NCBI GenBank assembly: GCA_034521595.1
Contig: JAXHMG010000003.1
Span: forward strand, 1,248,001-1,312,000
From: Gemmatimonadota bacterium
GTDB lineage: Bacteria > Gemmatimonadota > Gemmatimonadetes > Longimicrobiales > Gaopeijiaceae
Reading direction: 5' to 3'
DNA: 64,000 bases
Shown here in pieces: positions 23,881 through 32,457 of this stretch (its first letter is position 1; every line of letters begins with the position of its first letter). The notes under the pieces are model-generated. The model did not search any database. It was not told where the DNA came from and was given only the letters and a program-made list of their open reading frames with translations. The translations under genes and the position numbers were made by a program.

Positions 23881-24840
23881 GTGCCCCGCTGGCCGACCTC
23901 GACCCCGCTCCCAGGCGCGGCGAAATCGTTGCAGCGCCTCGGACTCGGGGGGATGCCACTCTCGATCTCGGTTCGGCCCGATCCGGCCGAGGCCCGCGCG
24001 TTGATCCGGCACGCGGTCGAGTCCGGCGTGGAGCTCATCGACACGGCCGACAGCTACGCACGGGACGACCGTGAGACCGGACACAACGAACGGTTGATCG
24101 CCGACGCCCTTCGCGAGATGGACATGGACCCCGCGGCCGGGCTCGAGGAAGCGGTACCGATCGTCGCGACGAAAGGCGGGCGCACACGCCCCGGAGGCGA
24201 GTGGGCGATCAACGGCAGGCCCGAGCACCTCCGCCAAGCGTGCCACGCGAGCCTCGAGGCGCTCGGAGTCGACCGCATCCCGCTGTATCAACTCCACACT
24301 CCCGACCCTGACGTTCCGTTCGAGGAGAGCGTGGGCGCCCTCGTGCAGCTGCGTGACGAAGGAAAGATCGGGCTCATCGGCCTCTCGAACGTCTCACTGA
24401 AGCAGATGGACACGGCCAGCGCGCTCACCCCCATCGCATCCGTGCAGAACCGGCTCTCGGTGTGGGACGCGGGGCTTCGAAAGCCTCCCGTGGTCGCTCG
24501 CTGTGCCGCCCAAGGCATCCTGTTCATGGCATACGCCCCCCTCGGGGGTCGAGAGAGAGCGGGCTCGTTGGGCGACGTCGGGCCGCTCGCCGCTCTAGCC
24601 GAAAGCCTCCGCGTGACCCCCCAGGAGCTCGCGCTCGCGTGGCTGTTCGACCTCGATCCGGCCATCGTTCCGATTCCGGGAGCCACGCGGACCTCGAGCA
24701 TCGACAGCGGGCTTCGAGCGCTCCGGCTCGAATTGGAGCCCCACCACATTCGCGATCTTCGCCGCGCGCTCCGTCAGATGCCCGACCGAAAAGGGGTCGC
24801 TACGCGGATCGCGTCGAAGGTTCGTCGAGCTCTGGACTAA
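23881..24840 (+). CDS. Aldo/keto reductase
   Basis: LGLGGM, IDTADSY, ATKGG, YQLHTPD, IGLSN, PIPG; AAGGAGG before GTG 23881. Confidence 0.9.
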   Translation: MPRWPTSTPLPGAAKSLQRLGLGGMPLSISVRPDPAEARALIRHAVESGVELIDTADSYARDDRETGHNERLIADALREMDMDPAAGLEEAVPIVATKGGRTRPGGEWAINGRPEHLRQACHASLEALGVDRIPLYQLHTPDPDVPFEESVGALVQLRDEGKIGLIGLSNVSLKQMDTASALTPIASVQNRLSVWDAGLRKPPVVARCAAQGILFMAYAPLGGRERAGSLGDVGPLAALAESLRVTPQELALAWLFDLDPAIVPIPGATRTSSIDSGLRALRLELEPHHIRDLRRALRQMPDRKGVATRIASKVRRALD

Positions 24841-24882
24841 CCCGAGACCCCGGCGACGACGGACCGCGAGCACCGCCGCGGA

Positions 24883-26034
24883 TCATCGGGACGGCAACAC
24901 CCAGAGCCGGCCGAGCGTGTCGGCGTCCAGCTCCACCGTCCGAATGTGCTCGAGTGAATCGGCATCAAAGACGTCGATCGTGTTCCCCGCATTATAAAGA
25001 TAGAGGAGCTCTCCATTGGAGCTGACCTCGAGCTCCATGCGCGGCCGCCCGTCGAACTCAACGTGCCGGGCGGTTCCCGCCTCCATGTCGATCGCCCACA
25101 TCTGATAGTTCTCGAGCTCCTGGTGGAGCCCGTACGCGTGATCACGGTCCGGAGCGAGGGCGAAGCTGACGCGGGACGTCGGTCCGGTTTCCGACGGCCC
25201 CAGCAGGAAGAAGTCGATATCCCTCGAGCCGGGATTGGCGCGCGCGACTCCCAGGAGCTCGCGGTCCTGCACTTCCTCGTCGATGCGGAACATCCCGGTA
25301 TGCCAGCCCTCTACCTCACGAGGAGTGGTGGGGAATCCGAATTCGAAGTCACCGAGACCCTGATCGAGGGCGTCCCCGTATTCCCAGCGGTCCGTGGGCT
25401 CGTACGTGTCGGTGTCGTAGATCCGAACGTCGTCCATGAAGAAGTAGAGCGCCTCGCCGTCGGGCGAATAAGCGAAGCTGGCGCCCTCCTGGGGCTCGCC
25501 GTCGGGCCACGGGACGTCCTGCACGACCCGGTGCTCGTCCATGTCGTAGAGCACCAACTCCATCTCCCCGATCTCCCACCGATCCCGCAGCTTCTCGTAG
25601 CGCCGGGTCATGAGCACGGCATGCCTGCCGTTCGGGTGGACCGCCATGCCGCGGATCCGGATCCTCGAATTCCGCTCACTGAGCGTGAATGCATCGACGC
25701 TCTCCCGCGTCTCGAGATCGATCACCTCCACGTGCTCGTAGTCGATCATCTGGGCGATGATCCGCCGCCCGTCGGCAGTCGGCGTGAGGGTGCCGGGGAT
25801 GCCCGAGGTCGTGGCGATCTTGTCCACCAGGGTCAGGTCCGATTCACGCAGCACGTGGATGGACCGCTCGTACGTCGCCACATAGATCAGGCCGTCGCCA
25901 CCGCTCCGGACCTGGGCTTCCGAGACGGTGGGGATCGCCGCGGCAGCGAGCGCGACGAGCACCAGCACCGTCTCTCGGACGGTCGGGTACCGACCCGGCG
26001 CGAGGAGGCGTTTCCAGCGCGTCACGGCGGTCAC
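24883..26034 (-). CDS. qhpB: Probable quinohemoprotein amine dehydrogenase beta subunit (beta-propeller)
   Basis: Signal peptide ending SEAQ; propeller repeats (ADGRRI, PNGRHA, PDGEAL, SNGELL); GTGA coupling to qhpC; position in the cluster. Confidence 0.78.
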   Translation of the reverse strand: MTAVTRWKRLLAPGRYPTVRETVLVLVALAAAAIPTVSEAQVRSGGDGLIYVATYERSIHVLRESDLTLVDKIATTSGIPGTLTPTADGRRIIAQMIDYEHVEVIDLETRESVDAFTLSERNSRIRIRGMAVHPNGRHAVLMTRRYEKLRDRWEIGEMELVLYDMDEHRVVQDVPWPDGEPQEGASFAYSPDGEALYFFMDDVRIYDTDTYEPTDRWEYGDALDQGLGDFEFGFPTTPREVEGWHTGMFRIDEEVQDRELLGVARANPGSRDIDFFLLGPSETGPTSRVSFALAPDRDHAYGLHQELENYQMWAIDMEAGTARHVEFDGRPRMELEVSSNGELLYLYNAGNTIDVFDADSLEHIRTVELDADTLGRLWVLPSR

Positions 26035-26435
26035 GGGAACACCAGATCCAGCTTCCGCCAGTCTTTCTGGGCCGCCGCGCACTTGCTGGTCCAGTCGCCC
26101 GCGTTGTTGAGCTGATCGGGAACCTGCGCGGGCCAGAAACAGCCCAGGTGGCAGTCGAAGAGGTCTCGCTCGACGGGCTGACAGAGACCGGCGGTCCCAC
26201 CCCCGGAGTCGGTCTCCCACCCCGGAGAGAAGATCAGGGTGCACCCGAAGGGAATCTGAGGACCGTCGGGCCCCGAGCTTTCCAATCCCACCACGTCGAG
26301 CTCGTCTTCGGCCGAGGCCGCCCCCGTTCCGTCCGGGTGCTCACCCTCGGAAGCCGCGGCGGCGCTCCGCCGCTCACCCTCGACGTAGCGCTCGACGCGC
26401 GCCGCCTTTTGGTTGACCGCCTTGATACGCCTCAT
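26031..26435 (-). CDS. qhpC: Quinohemoprotein amine dehydrogenase gamma subunit precursor (CTQ peptide)
   Basis: Leader MRRIKAVNQKA; core GCTLIFSPGWE...LCQPVERDLFDCHLGCFWPAQVPD...DWRKL. Confidence 0.95.
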   Translation of the reverse strand: MRRIKAVNQKAARVERYVEGERRSAAAASEGEHPDGTGAASAEDELDVVGLESSGPDGPQIPFGCTLIFSPGWETDSGGGTAGLCQPVERDLFDCHLGCFWPAQVPDQLNNAGDWTSKCAAAQKDWRKLDLVFP

Positions 26436-26446
26436 GTCCCGTCGCC

Positions 26447-27874
26447 TCAGTGCTCGAAGTGGTTCAGGAATCCCGGGTTGCGCACCGCTAGCGCCCCGTA
26501 GACGCGCAGACAGATGTCCGTCCACGAACGAATCCACTCACAGTAGTGAAGATTGGGCGCCTTCGTCGTTCCGTACCGAGTGTGCGCCTCGTGATAACAC
26601 CCGCCCGCACAGAGAGGCCGTGCCCAGCAGGTGTGGCAATCGGGCTTGTACGCGACGTGGTGCTCCTCAAGGAACTGCACCTGCTTCTCCCGATCCACGC
26701 CATCGGTGACACTCCCGAAACGATGCTCTTCCGATCCCGCGAACCGGTGGCATAGGCCGAGATTCCCGTCGGTCGAGACCCCGAGCATGCCGACCCCCGC
26801 ACCACACGGGTGGGACTTGCTGAATCCCTTGTGGATCTCCTCGATGGACTCGCTCACGTTCGAGAACCCGTGGTGACGCCCTTGAACGGCATATTCGAGC
26901 CACTCCCAGGCCAGCTCCTCGAACTGTTCGAGCATCCGGTCGAGCGCCTCGCCCTCGATCGCGTAGTCACGACCTTCGGCGGTCGTCACGGGGGCGAAGC
27001 CAACCTCCCAGAACCCGATGTCTTCGGTCAGGTGCCGGAACGCCCCGATCACGTCGAGGTTCTGCTTGGTGAGCGTCACGCGGGCTCCGACCGGTCGCGA
27101 CGTGTGCCGCTGGAGGAGCTCACGGACGCGCGGGACGACCTCGTCGTAACTTCCCTTTCCGTTGTTGAAGACGCGCAGCTCGTCCTGCACCTCGCGTGGC
27201 CCGTCGATCGAGACCGTGACGCCGACCTCGTTCTCGGCGAGCCATTCGATGACGTCCGGTTTGAGGAGCGTTCCGTTCGTCGTGAGGCTGAAGTCGACCC
27301 TCTTACCCTCTGCCTCCGCCCGCTCACGGGCATAAGCGAGCGTGGACTGCAGGAGCTTGAAGTTCAGCAGCGTCTCCCCTCCGAAGAAGGTCAGATGACA
27401 CCGCTCGCCCACTCCGGCCTCCGCGAGCATGAAGTCCACGCTCTGGCGGGCCGTTTCCTCGTCCATGAACCGCGGCATGGTGCCCGCTTCCACCAGCTTG
27501 TCGTCACCGTACTCGTAGCAGTACGTGCACCCGAGGTTGCACTTGCTCGTGACGTTCAGGACCATCGTCTTGAGCGGGATTCCGTCCGGCGGCGCCTCGA
27601 CCGGCATGGGCTCGGGTCCCGCGTCCTCGGGCCCGATGGCACGGACCTCGTAGAGGTCGACGACGGCGGCGCGGACTTCGGCGGGCGGAAGCGTGTCGGA
27701 AAGGCCGGACTCCAGCCCTTCGACGGTGTCCGGTCCCACGTCTTCGAGCCGATCGAGCACGGCCGAGGCGGCGTCATCGGCACAGAACACCGCCGCGCTC
27801 GGCACCAGGTAGAGGAAGCGCAGCCCCTCGGCCTCGAAGGCGTGGTATTCTCTGGGGGCCAGTCGAGCGCTCAT
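26447..27874 (-). CDS. qhpD: Radical SAM/SPASM thioether-forming maturase QhpD
   Basis: CNLGCTYC, FFGGETL, SIDG, SPASM CGAG...CHRF...CHTC...CAGGC; lies between qhpA and qhpC; ATGA coupling to qhpA. Confidence 0.93.
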   Translation of the reverse strand: MSARLAPREYHAFEAEGLRFLYLVPSAAVFCADDAASAVLDRLEDVGPDTVEGLESGLSDTLPPAEVRAAVVDLYEVRAIGPEDAGPEPMPVEAPPDGIPLKTMVLNVTSKCNLGCTYCYEYGDDKLVEAGTMPRFMDEETARQSVDFMLAEAGVGERCHLTFFGGETLLNFKLLQSTLAYARERAEAEGKRVDFSLTTNGTLLKPDVIEWLAENEVGVTVSIDGPREVQDELRVFNNGKGSYDEVVPRVRELLQRHTSRPVGARVTLTKQNLDVIGAFRHLTEDIGFWEVGFAPVTTAEGRDYAIEGEALDRMLEQFEELAWEWLEYAVQGRHHGFSNVSESIEEIHKGFSKSHPCGAGVGMLGVSTDGNLGLCHRFAGSEEHRFGSVTDGVDREKQVQFLEEHHVAYKPDCHTCWARPLCAGGCYHEAHTRYGTTKAPNLHYCEWIRSWTDICLRVYGALAVRNPGFLNHFEH

Positions 27875-29589
27875 CGGTTCCCTCCCTCCTGGATGGTGTT
27901 CACGACTTCGGCGCGCGGCTCCCATTCGATGTAGCTGGGCGGTGAGACGACCAGGAAGCCGCGCGCACGCAGGGGCGCTTCCGACATGGGAGCGCCCTCC
28001 CTTCGGTGCTCGGCCCGGACCCACACCTCCCCGATGTTGTTTCTGAGGCCGCTGCGTTCCGGATTGGGACCGTCCACCGCCGGGGTGAAACGGCCGTCCT
28101 GGTCGATCTCGCCGACGAAGTCCACGTCATCGTCGTCCCAGGTGCGCGGGTATTCGACCAGGCTCCAGCTCGCGTCCACGACGCCAATCCGGATGTCGTC
28201 GTCCGTGTCGCGCTCGCCGTCCGGACCGACGGCGAAGCCAACGGCCTCGAACCGCGCATATCCGGGAGCGAAGTTGCCCCCTCCCGTCCGGGCGATGGCC
28301 GGATGGGGCTCGACGCGGATGTAGTCGACCGCTTCGTAGACCACGAGGGCGCGATCCGCCCGGGCTCCGGCGATCACGACATCACGCGCGCCCGCAGGCG
28401 CACCCTCCTCGACCCGGATGCGAAGAGTGGCTCGATCCGACGCGACCTCGTCCACTCCGAGGATCTCCACGCCGGCCCCGAGATCGACATCTTGCGCGCC
28501 CAGAGACTCTGGCAGGTTGGCTCCGAAAATGCGGATCCGTTCCTCCGCACCGGTCACGGCCTTCTCCGGATACGCTCCGAGCACGACCGGAGCCGAGCCG
28601 ATTCGCACCATCTCGACATCGACGCCGATCTCCTCGTAGGCACCGGTGAACCACCGTCCATACATCTCGTTCCAGTCCCGCTCGACGAACATCACCTCGC
28701 GGAGCTCGGTATGCTCACCACCCGTTCCGTTCGAGCTTCCGCGCCACTGGTAACCGGTGTAGACGGTCGCCTCGCCGGAACGCTCGACGGTCCGGTCTTC
28801 CGCGGGGTAGAGATAGCGGGCCGAGGTGGTGAAGTCCTCACGCGCGGGCCCGTCGGCGGAGACGGTCACCGTGCCGTAGAGGGGGCCTCGGCCGACCTCA
28901 CGCCCCCGTACGGCCCAACGCCCCTCGATCCGAGCGGGCCGCATGTTTCGGGACCAGTCGCTCCAAGCCCTCGTTTCGAGCGGGTACTGCTCCGCGAGAC
29001 GCGCCACCGCGGCGTCCACCGGAAACTCGAAATCTCCTTCTTCTTCGGGAACGGAACCCCGGCGAAAGCGCTGGCGGTCGATGAGGGGATAGAGCCCCCG
29101 ATGCGTCTCGGTGACGAGCTCCCACTCCTCCGGGGTGCGACGCTGCGTCGCGATCCGCCCGAGAGTATGACAGGCGGTACAGGTCCGGCGGACCACTTCG
29201 GACATCTCCGGACGCTCCGTCAAATGCCGCCGCTCCACTTCCCAGAAGGCCGGACGCAGCTCCTCGGGCGCGAGGCCGTGCCGGTTGGCGAGGTAGCGTA
29301 CGATCTCTCGAGCGTCCTCGGGATCGACGCTCACGTCGTTGAGGGACACCATCCGCCGGATCGACTGGCTCCAGCCTTCGGGCGTCTTCCGAAGGTAGGA
29401 GATCCGGCTCATCCGTCCGTCGTCGTCCTGCTGATGACATCGGCTACAGTTGCGCACCACCAGCTCGCTCGTGACCGGGATGCCCTCCACGGCCCCCTGC
29501 CCTTCCTGCGCGTTCCCGGATTCGGGCACGGAGAGAACGGCCCCCACCAAGCCCACGCTGATGACCACGAGCGGACCTCGTCTCAGCAT
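27871..29589 (-). CDS. qhpA: Quinohemoprotein amine dehydrogenase alpha subunit (diheme c)
   Basis: Signal peptide; CSRCH and CTACH; RKTPEGW...RRM; QRRT; YTGYQWRG; GPNPER. Confidence 0.95.
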   Translation of the reverse strand: MLRRGPLVVISVGLVGAVLSVPESGNAQEGQGAVEGIPVTSELVVRNCSRCHQQDDDGRMSRISYLRKTPEGWSQSIRRMVSLNDVSVDPEDAREIVRYLANRHGLAPEELRPAFWEVERRHLTERPEMSEVVRRTCTACHTLGRIATQRRTPEEWELVTETHRGLYPLIDRQRFRRGSVPEEEGDFEFPVDAAVARLAEQYPLETRAWSDWSRNMRPARIEGRWAVRGREVGRGPLYGTVTVSADGPAREDFTTSARYLYPAEDRTVERSGEATVYTGYQWRGSSNGTGGEHTELREVMFVERDWNEMYGRWFTGAYEEIGVDVEMVRIGSAPVVLGAYPEKAVTGAEERIRIFGANLPESLGAQDVDLGAGVEILGVDEVASDRATLRIRVEEGAPAGARDVVIAGARADRALVVYEAVDYIRVEPHPAIARTGGGNFAPGYARFEAVGFAVGPDGERDTDDDIRIGVVDASWSLVEYPRTWDDDDVDFVGEIDQDGRFTPAVDGPNPERSGLRNNIGEVWVRAEHRREGAPMSEAPLRARGFLVVSPPSYIEWEPRAEVVNTIQEGGNR

Positions 29590-29782
29590 GCGGACGTCTC
29601 CTTGGTTGGCCCGTCCAACTTCGGACGCTCGAATCGATCGAACCGTTCGAGGACGGGGCGTTCAGGACAGCGCAAAGCGCTCTTGATCAGCGGATCACAG
29701 CTTGCAGCCGAACGCGCGCGCCTCACTCGCGTTCGATGTACGGGGGCGCCCCGCCTACGTCAAGGGCGTGACGCCTTGCCCG

Positions 29783-30940
29783 TCAGTTCCTGGTGTCGGC
29801 CGGCTCCAGTCGGAGGATGGGGGTTCGCGCCCCGTCCTCCCCCTCGACCGCGACGTATAGGTATCCATCGGGGCCCTCCCGTACAGCGCGGACCCGCCCG
29901 ATATCCGGTAGAAGCACTTCCTCCCGCACGATCTCGGTCCCATCCAAATCGAGGCGCGCGAGATACCCACCACTCAGGCCGCCGGCGAACGCATCTCCCT
30001 GCCAACGCGGGAAGCGGTCTCCGGTATAGAAGGTGAGGCCGGAAACCCCGATCGACGGGACCCACACGTGCACCGGCTGCTCCATCCCTTCCCGGTGCGT
30101 GCCCTCGTGGATCGCCGAGCCCGAGCCGTAATTCACCCCGTACCCGATCACGGGCCAACCGTAGTTCGCCCCCGCACGCACGATGTTGACCTCGTCCCCG
30201 CCCTGGGGCCCGTGCTCGTTGAGCCAGATGTCGCCCGTCTCCGGATGGATCGCGAGGCCCTGTGCGTTGCGATGTCCGTAGCTGTAGATGTCGGGGAGAG
30301 CCCCTGCCTGGTCGACGAACGGATTGTCATCCGGAACGCTCCCGTCGTCGTGCAGCCGCAGCGTCACGCCGTGATGGTTGGAGAGGTCCTGTGCGGGATG
30401 CGCCTCGAGGTCGCCGCTCGGCGAGACCTGCCGGTCTCCGACGGTGATGTACAGATAGCCATCGTCGTCGAACACGAGGCGAGATCCGTAGTGCCCGCGA
30501 CCCGACGACTCCGCTTCGAAGATCTCCTCCACCTCACTGAGCTGATCGTCCTCGAAGCGTCCTCGGATGACCGCGGTCGTGGAGCCGGACGCGAGCGGCT
30601 TCGAGTAGGACAGATAGACGAGGCGGTTGGACTCGAAGTCGGGATGGAGCGTGACGTCGAGCAAGCCCCCCTGCCCCTGGGCATGAACCTCCGGGACTCC
30701 TGGAACGGGGTCCGGAAGCAAGCGCCCATCCCGCACGATCCGCAGGCGCCCCGGACGCTCCGTGACGAGCATGTCGCCGCCCGGGAGGAACGCCATCGAC
30801 CAGGGCACCTCCAGGCCGTCCACCACGGTGACCGCACGGAAGTCGTGCGCCGCCGAGCGGTGGACGTCTTGAGCGTTCGTATCGCACGCGCTCAGCGCGA
30901 GTGCAGCCATCAACCATGCCGAACGTGTCCAGCGCCTCAT
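29783..30940 (-). CDS. PQQ-dependent sugar dehydrogenase (YliI/Asd-like) lipoprotein
   Basis: Lipobox LSAC; PWSMAFLP, QGQGGLLD, HYGSRL, GHRNAQG, EHGPQGGDEVN, NYGWP. Confidence 0.92.
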   Translation of the reverse strand: MRRWTRSAWLMAALALSACDTNAQDVHRSAAHDFRAVTVVDGLEVPWSMAFLPGGDMLVTERPGRLRIVRDGRLLPDPVPGVPEVHAQGQGGLLDVTLHPDFESNRLVYLSYSKPLASGSTTAVIRGRFEDDQLSEVEEIFEAESSGRGHYGSRLVFDDDGYLYITVGDRQVSPSGDLEAHPAQDLSNHHGVTLRLHDDGSVPDDNPFVDQAGALPDIYSYGHRNAQGLAIHPETGDIWLNEHGPQGGDEVNIVRAGANYGWPVIGYGVNYGSGSAIHEGTHREGMEQPVHVWVPSIGVSGLTFYTGDRFPRWQGDAFAGGLSGGYLARLDLDGTEIVREEVLLPDIGRVRAVREGPDGYLYVAVEGEDGARTPILRLEPADTRN

Positions 30941-31108
30941 ACTCGCTCCTCTTTCCTATGACGGAGTCGGGCCGCGAGGCCGCCGACACCTGCTTCGAAA
31001 TTCAGATGCGCCAGGACCCTCCCGGTCCCGTCGGGTTCCGATTCCATCACTCCTTCCACCGCTCCGAGCCTTCCTTCTTACAGCCATGGGCTGGAGGGGG
31101 GAGAATCC

Positions 31109-32443
31109 TTACGAGAGGTTCGGGTTGTTGAAGCGTTCCGTATCCGGAAGCGGGAAGCACGTGGAGGAGCCGTACAGCCCACCGAACGGAAACGGCTCGC
31201 CCGGCGCCGGATGAAGCGGAAGGTCGTAGCGCTTCATATCCATCAGGTGATGGCTCTCCAGAAAGAGCTCCGCCCGCCGCTCATAGACGATCTGGTCCAT
31301 GATCTCTTCTTCGTCCGAGCTCTCGAAATCGGGGAGATCCGCGCGATCGTGCAGCTCGTTGATGAGCGACACGGCGTCTTCCGGCCGGTTATCCGCAAGG
31401 GCCGCTTCCGCCATGATAAGCGCAGCTTCCGGCCAGCCGGCAAGCCTTACGGGAGCGTCGAGGCTGCTATACTTGCTCGTCGTCCAGAGTGGAACGCCAT
31501 AGCCCGCCACGGTCCGCCCCTCGTCGGTCACGGGCACCCGCGGGTCCGGAACTCCGTCGAAGGTCATATCCAGGTAACGCTCCCCGATCCCGACGTTCTC
31601 ATCACGCTGATTGCTGCGGTACTGCCGGTTGTGCGTAGCGTCGTTCAAGGCGGAGTACTCGAGCTCGAAGGTGAAGTCCTCCGGAACGTCGGCAACGGCA
31701 TTCCCCGCATCCGCCACCTGACCCAGGTTCAGCAGGGCGCGACCCGTCCCGATCCGTGCGAGGTTGAGGAAATCGCTCTGGCCGCTCGACTCCGCGGCGG
31801 CCATCGCCCGTTGGAAGCGGTCGATCGCCAACCCCAAGGCGTCTTCCACGCTCTGCTCGGGTCCGTTGTCGAACGCCACGCTGCACATCGATTCGCCCAT
31901 GAGCAGGTAGCTATATCCCGCCCAGGCCGCGGCCCGTGCCTCGAGCTCGGTCTTGTTCGGCACTTGAGCTTCGCCCCACTCGTCCAATCGGCCCAACATC
32001 TCGTCGGCGAACCAACGGCTCCGCGACAGGGGGAGGTAGAGTGCGGCGTTCCCGCTCTCGCAGTCGGCGCCGGCGTACGACCCGGAGCCGTACCCACCGG
32101 TCGTCCATGTGCGACCGTCATAGAACACCTGGGTGCCTCCATTCTGCACCGACCGGAGCTCCCATCCCACGAGGCCACTGACGTTCACGTAATGCGTGAA
32201 CGCACAGCGAAACTCGTTGCCCACGCTCTCCACGAGGAGTTGTGCGGCGGCCGGGTCCTCCATGTCACGAGCGATCACCCGCGAGGGTGCCTCTACCTCC
32301 AGGAGTTGATCCAGGGCGTCGCAACCGGCCAGCGCCCCGAGGCTCAGGAGTGCCACTCCCACCGCCAACGGCGAGCGGGAGAATCCGCGGGGCCGCGCGT
32401 TCTTCGATCGGCGCTTCAGGTCGTCGATACGGTTCTGATCCAT
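31109..32443 (-). CDS. SusD/RagB-like nutrient-binding lipoprotein
   Basis: Lipobox LAGC; C-terminal EAALIMAEA...ERRAELFLESH..DMKR...FPLPDTE...NPNL; directly downstream of susC. Confidence 0.88.
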   Translation of the reverse strand: MDQNRIDDLKRRSKNARPRGFSRSPLAVGVALLSLGALAGCDALDQLLEVEAPSRVIARDMEDPAAAQLLVESVGNEFRCAFTHYVNVSGLVGWELRSVQNGGTQVFYDGRTWTTGGYGSGSYAGADCESGNAALYLPLSRSRWFADEMLGRLDEWGEAQVPNKTELEARAAAWAGYSYLLMGESMCSVAFDNGPEQSVEDALGLAIDRFQRAMAAAESSGQSDFLNLARIGTGRALLNLGQVADAGNAVADVPEDFTFELEYSALNDATHNRQYRSNQRDENVGIGERYLDMTFDGVPDPRVPVTDEGRTVAGYGVPLWTTSKYSSLDAPVRLAGWPEAALIMAEAALADNRPEDAVSLINELHDRADLPDFESSDEEEIMDQIVYERRAELFLESHHLMDMKRYDLPLHPAPGEPFPFGGLYGSSTCFPLPDTERFNNPNLS

Positions 32444-32457
32444 GACTCGTGGCCCCC

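Noticed and set aside
26031-27874. Novel RiPP (ranthipeptide) precursor plus radical SAM enzyme
   Set aside because: Cys/Asp/Glu/Trp spacing and the flanking diheme and propeller genes identify QhpC and QhpD.
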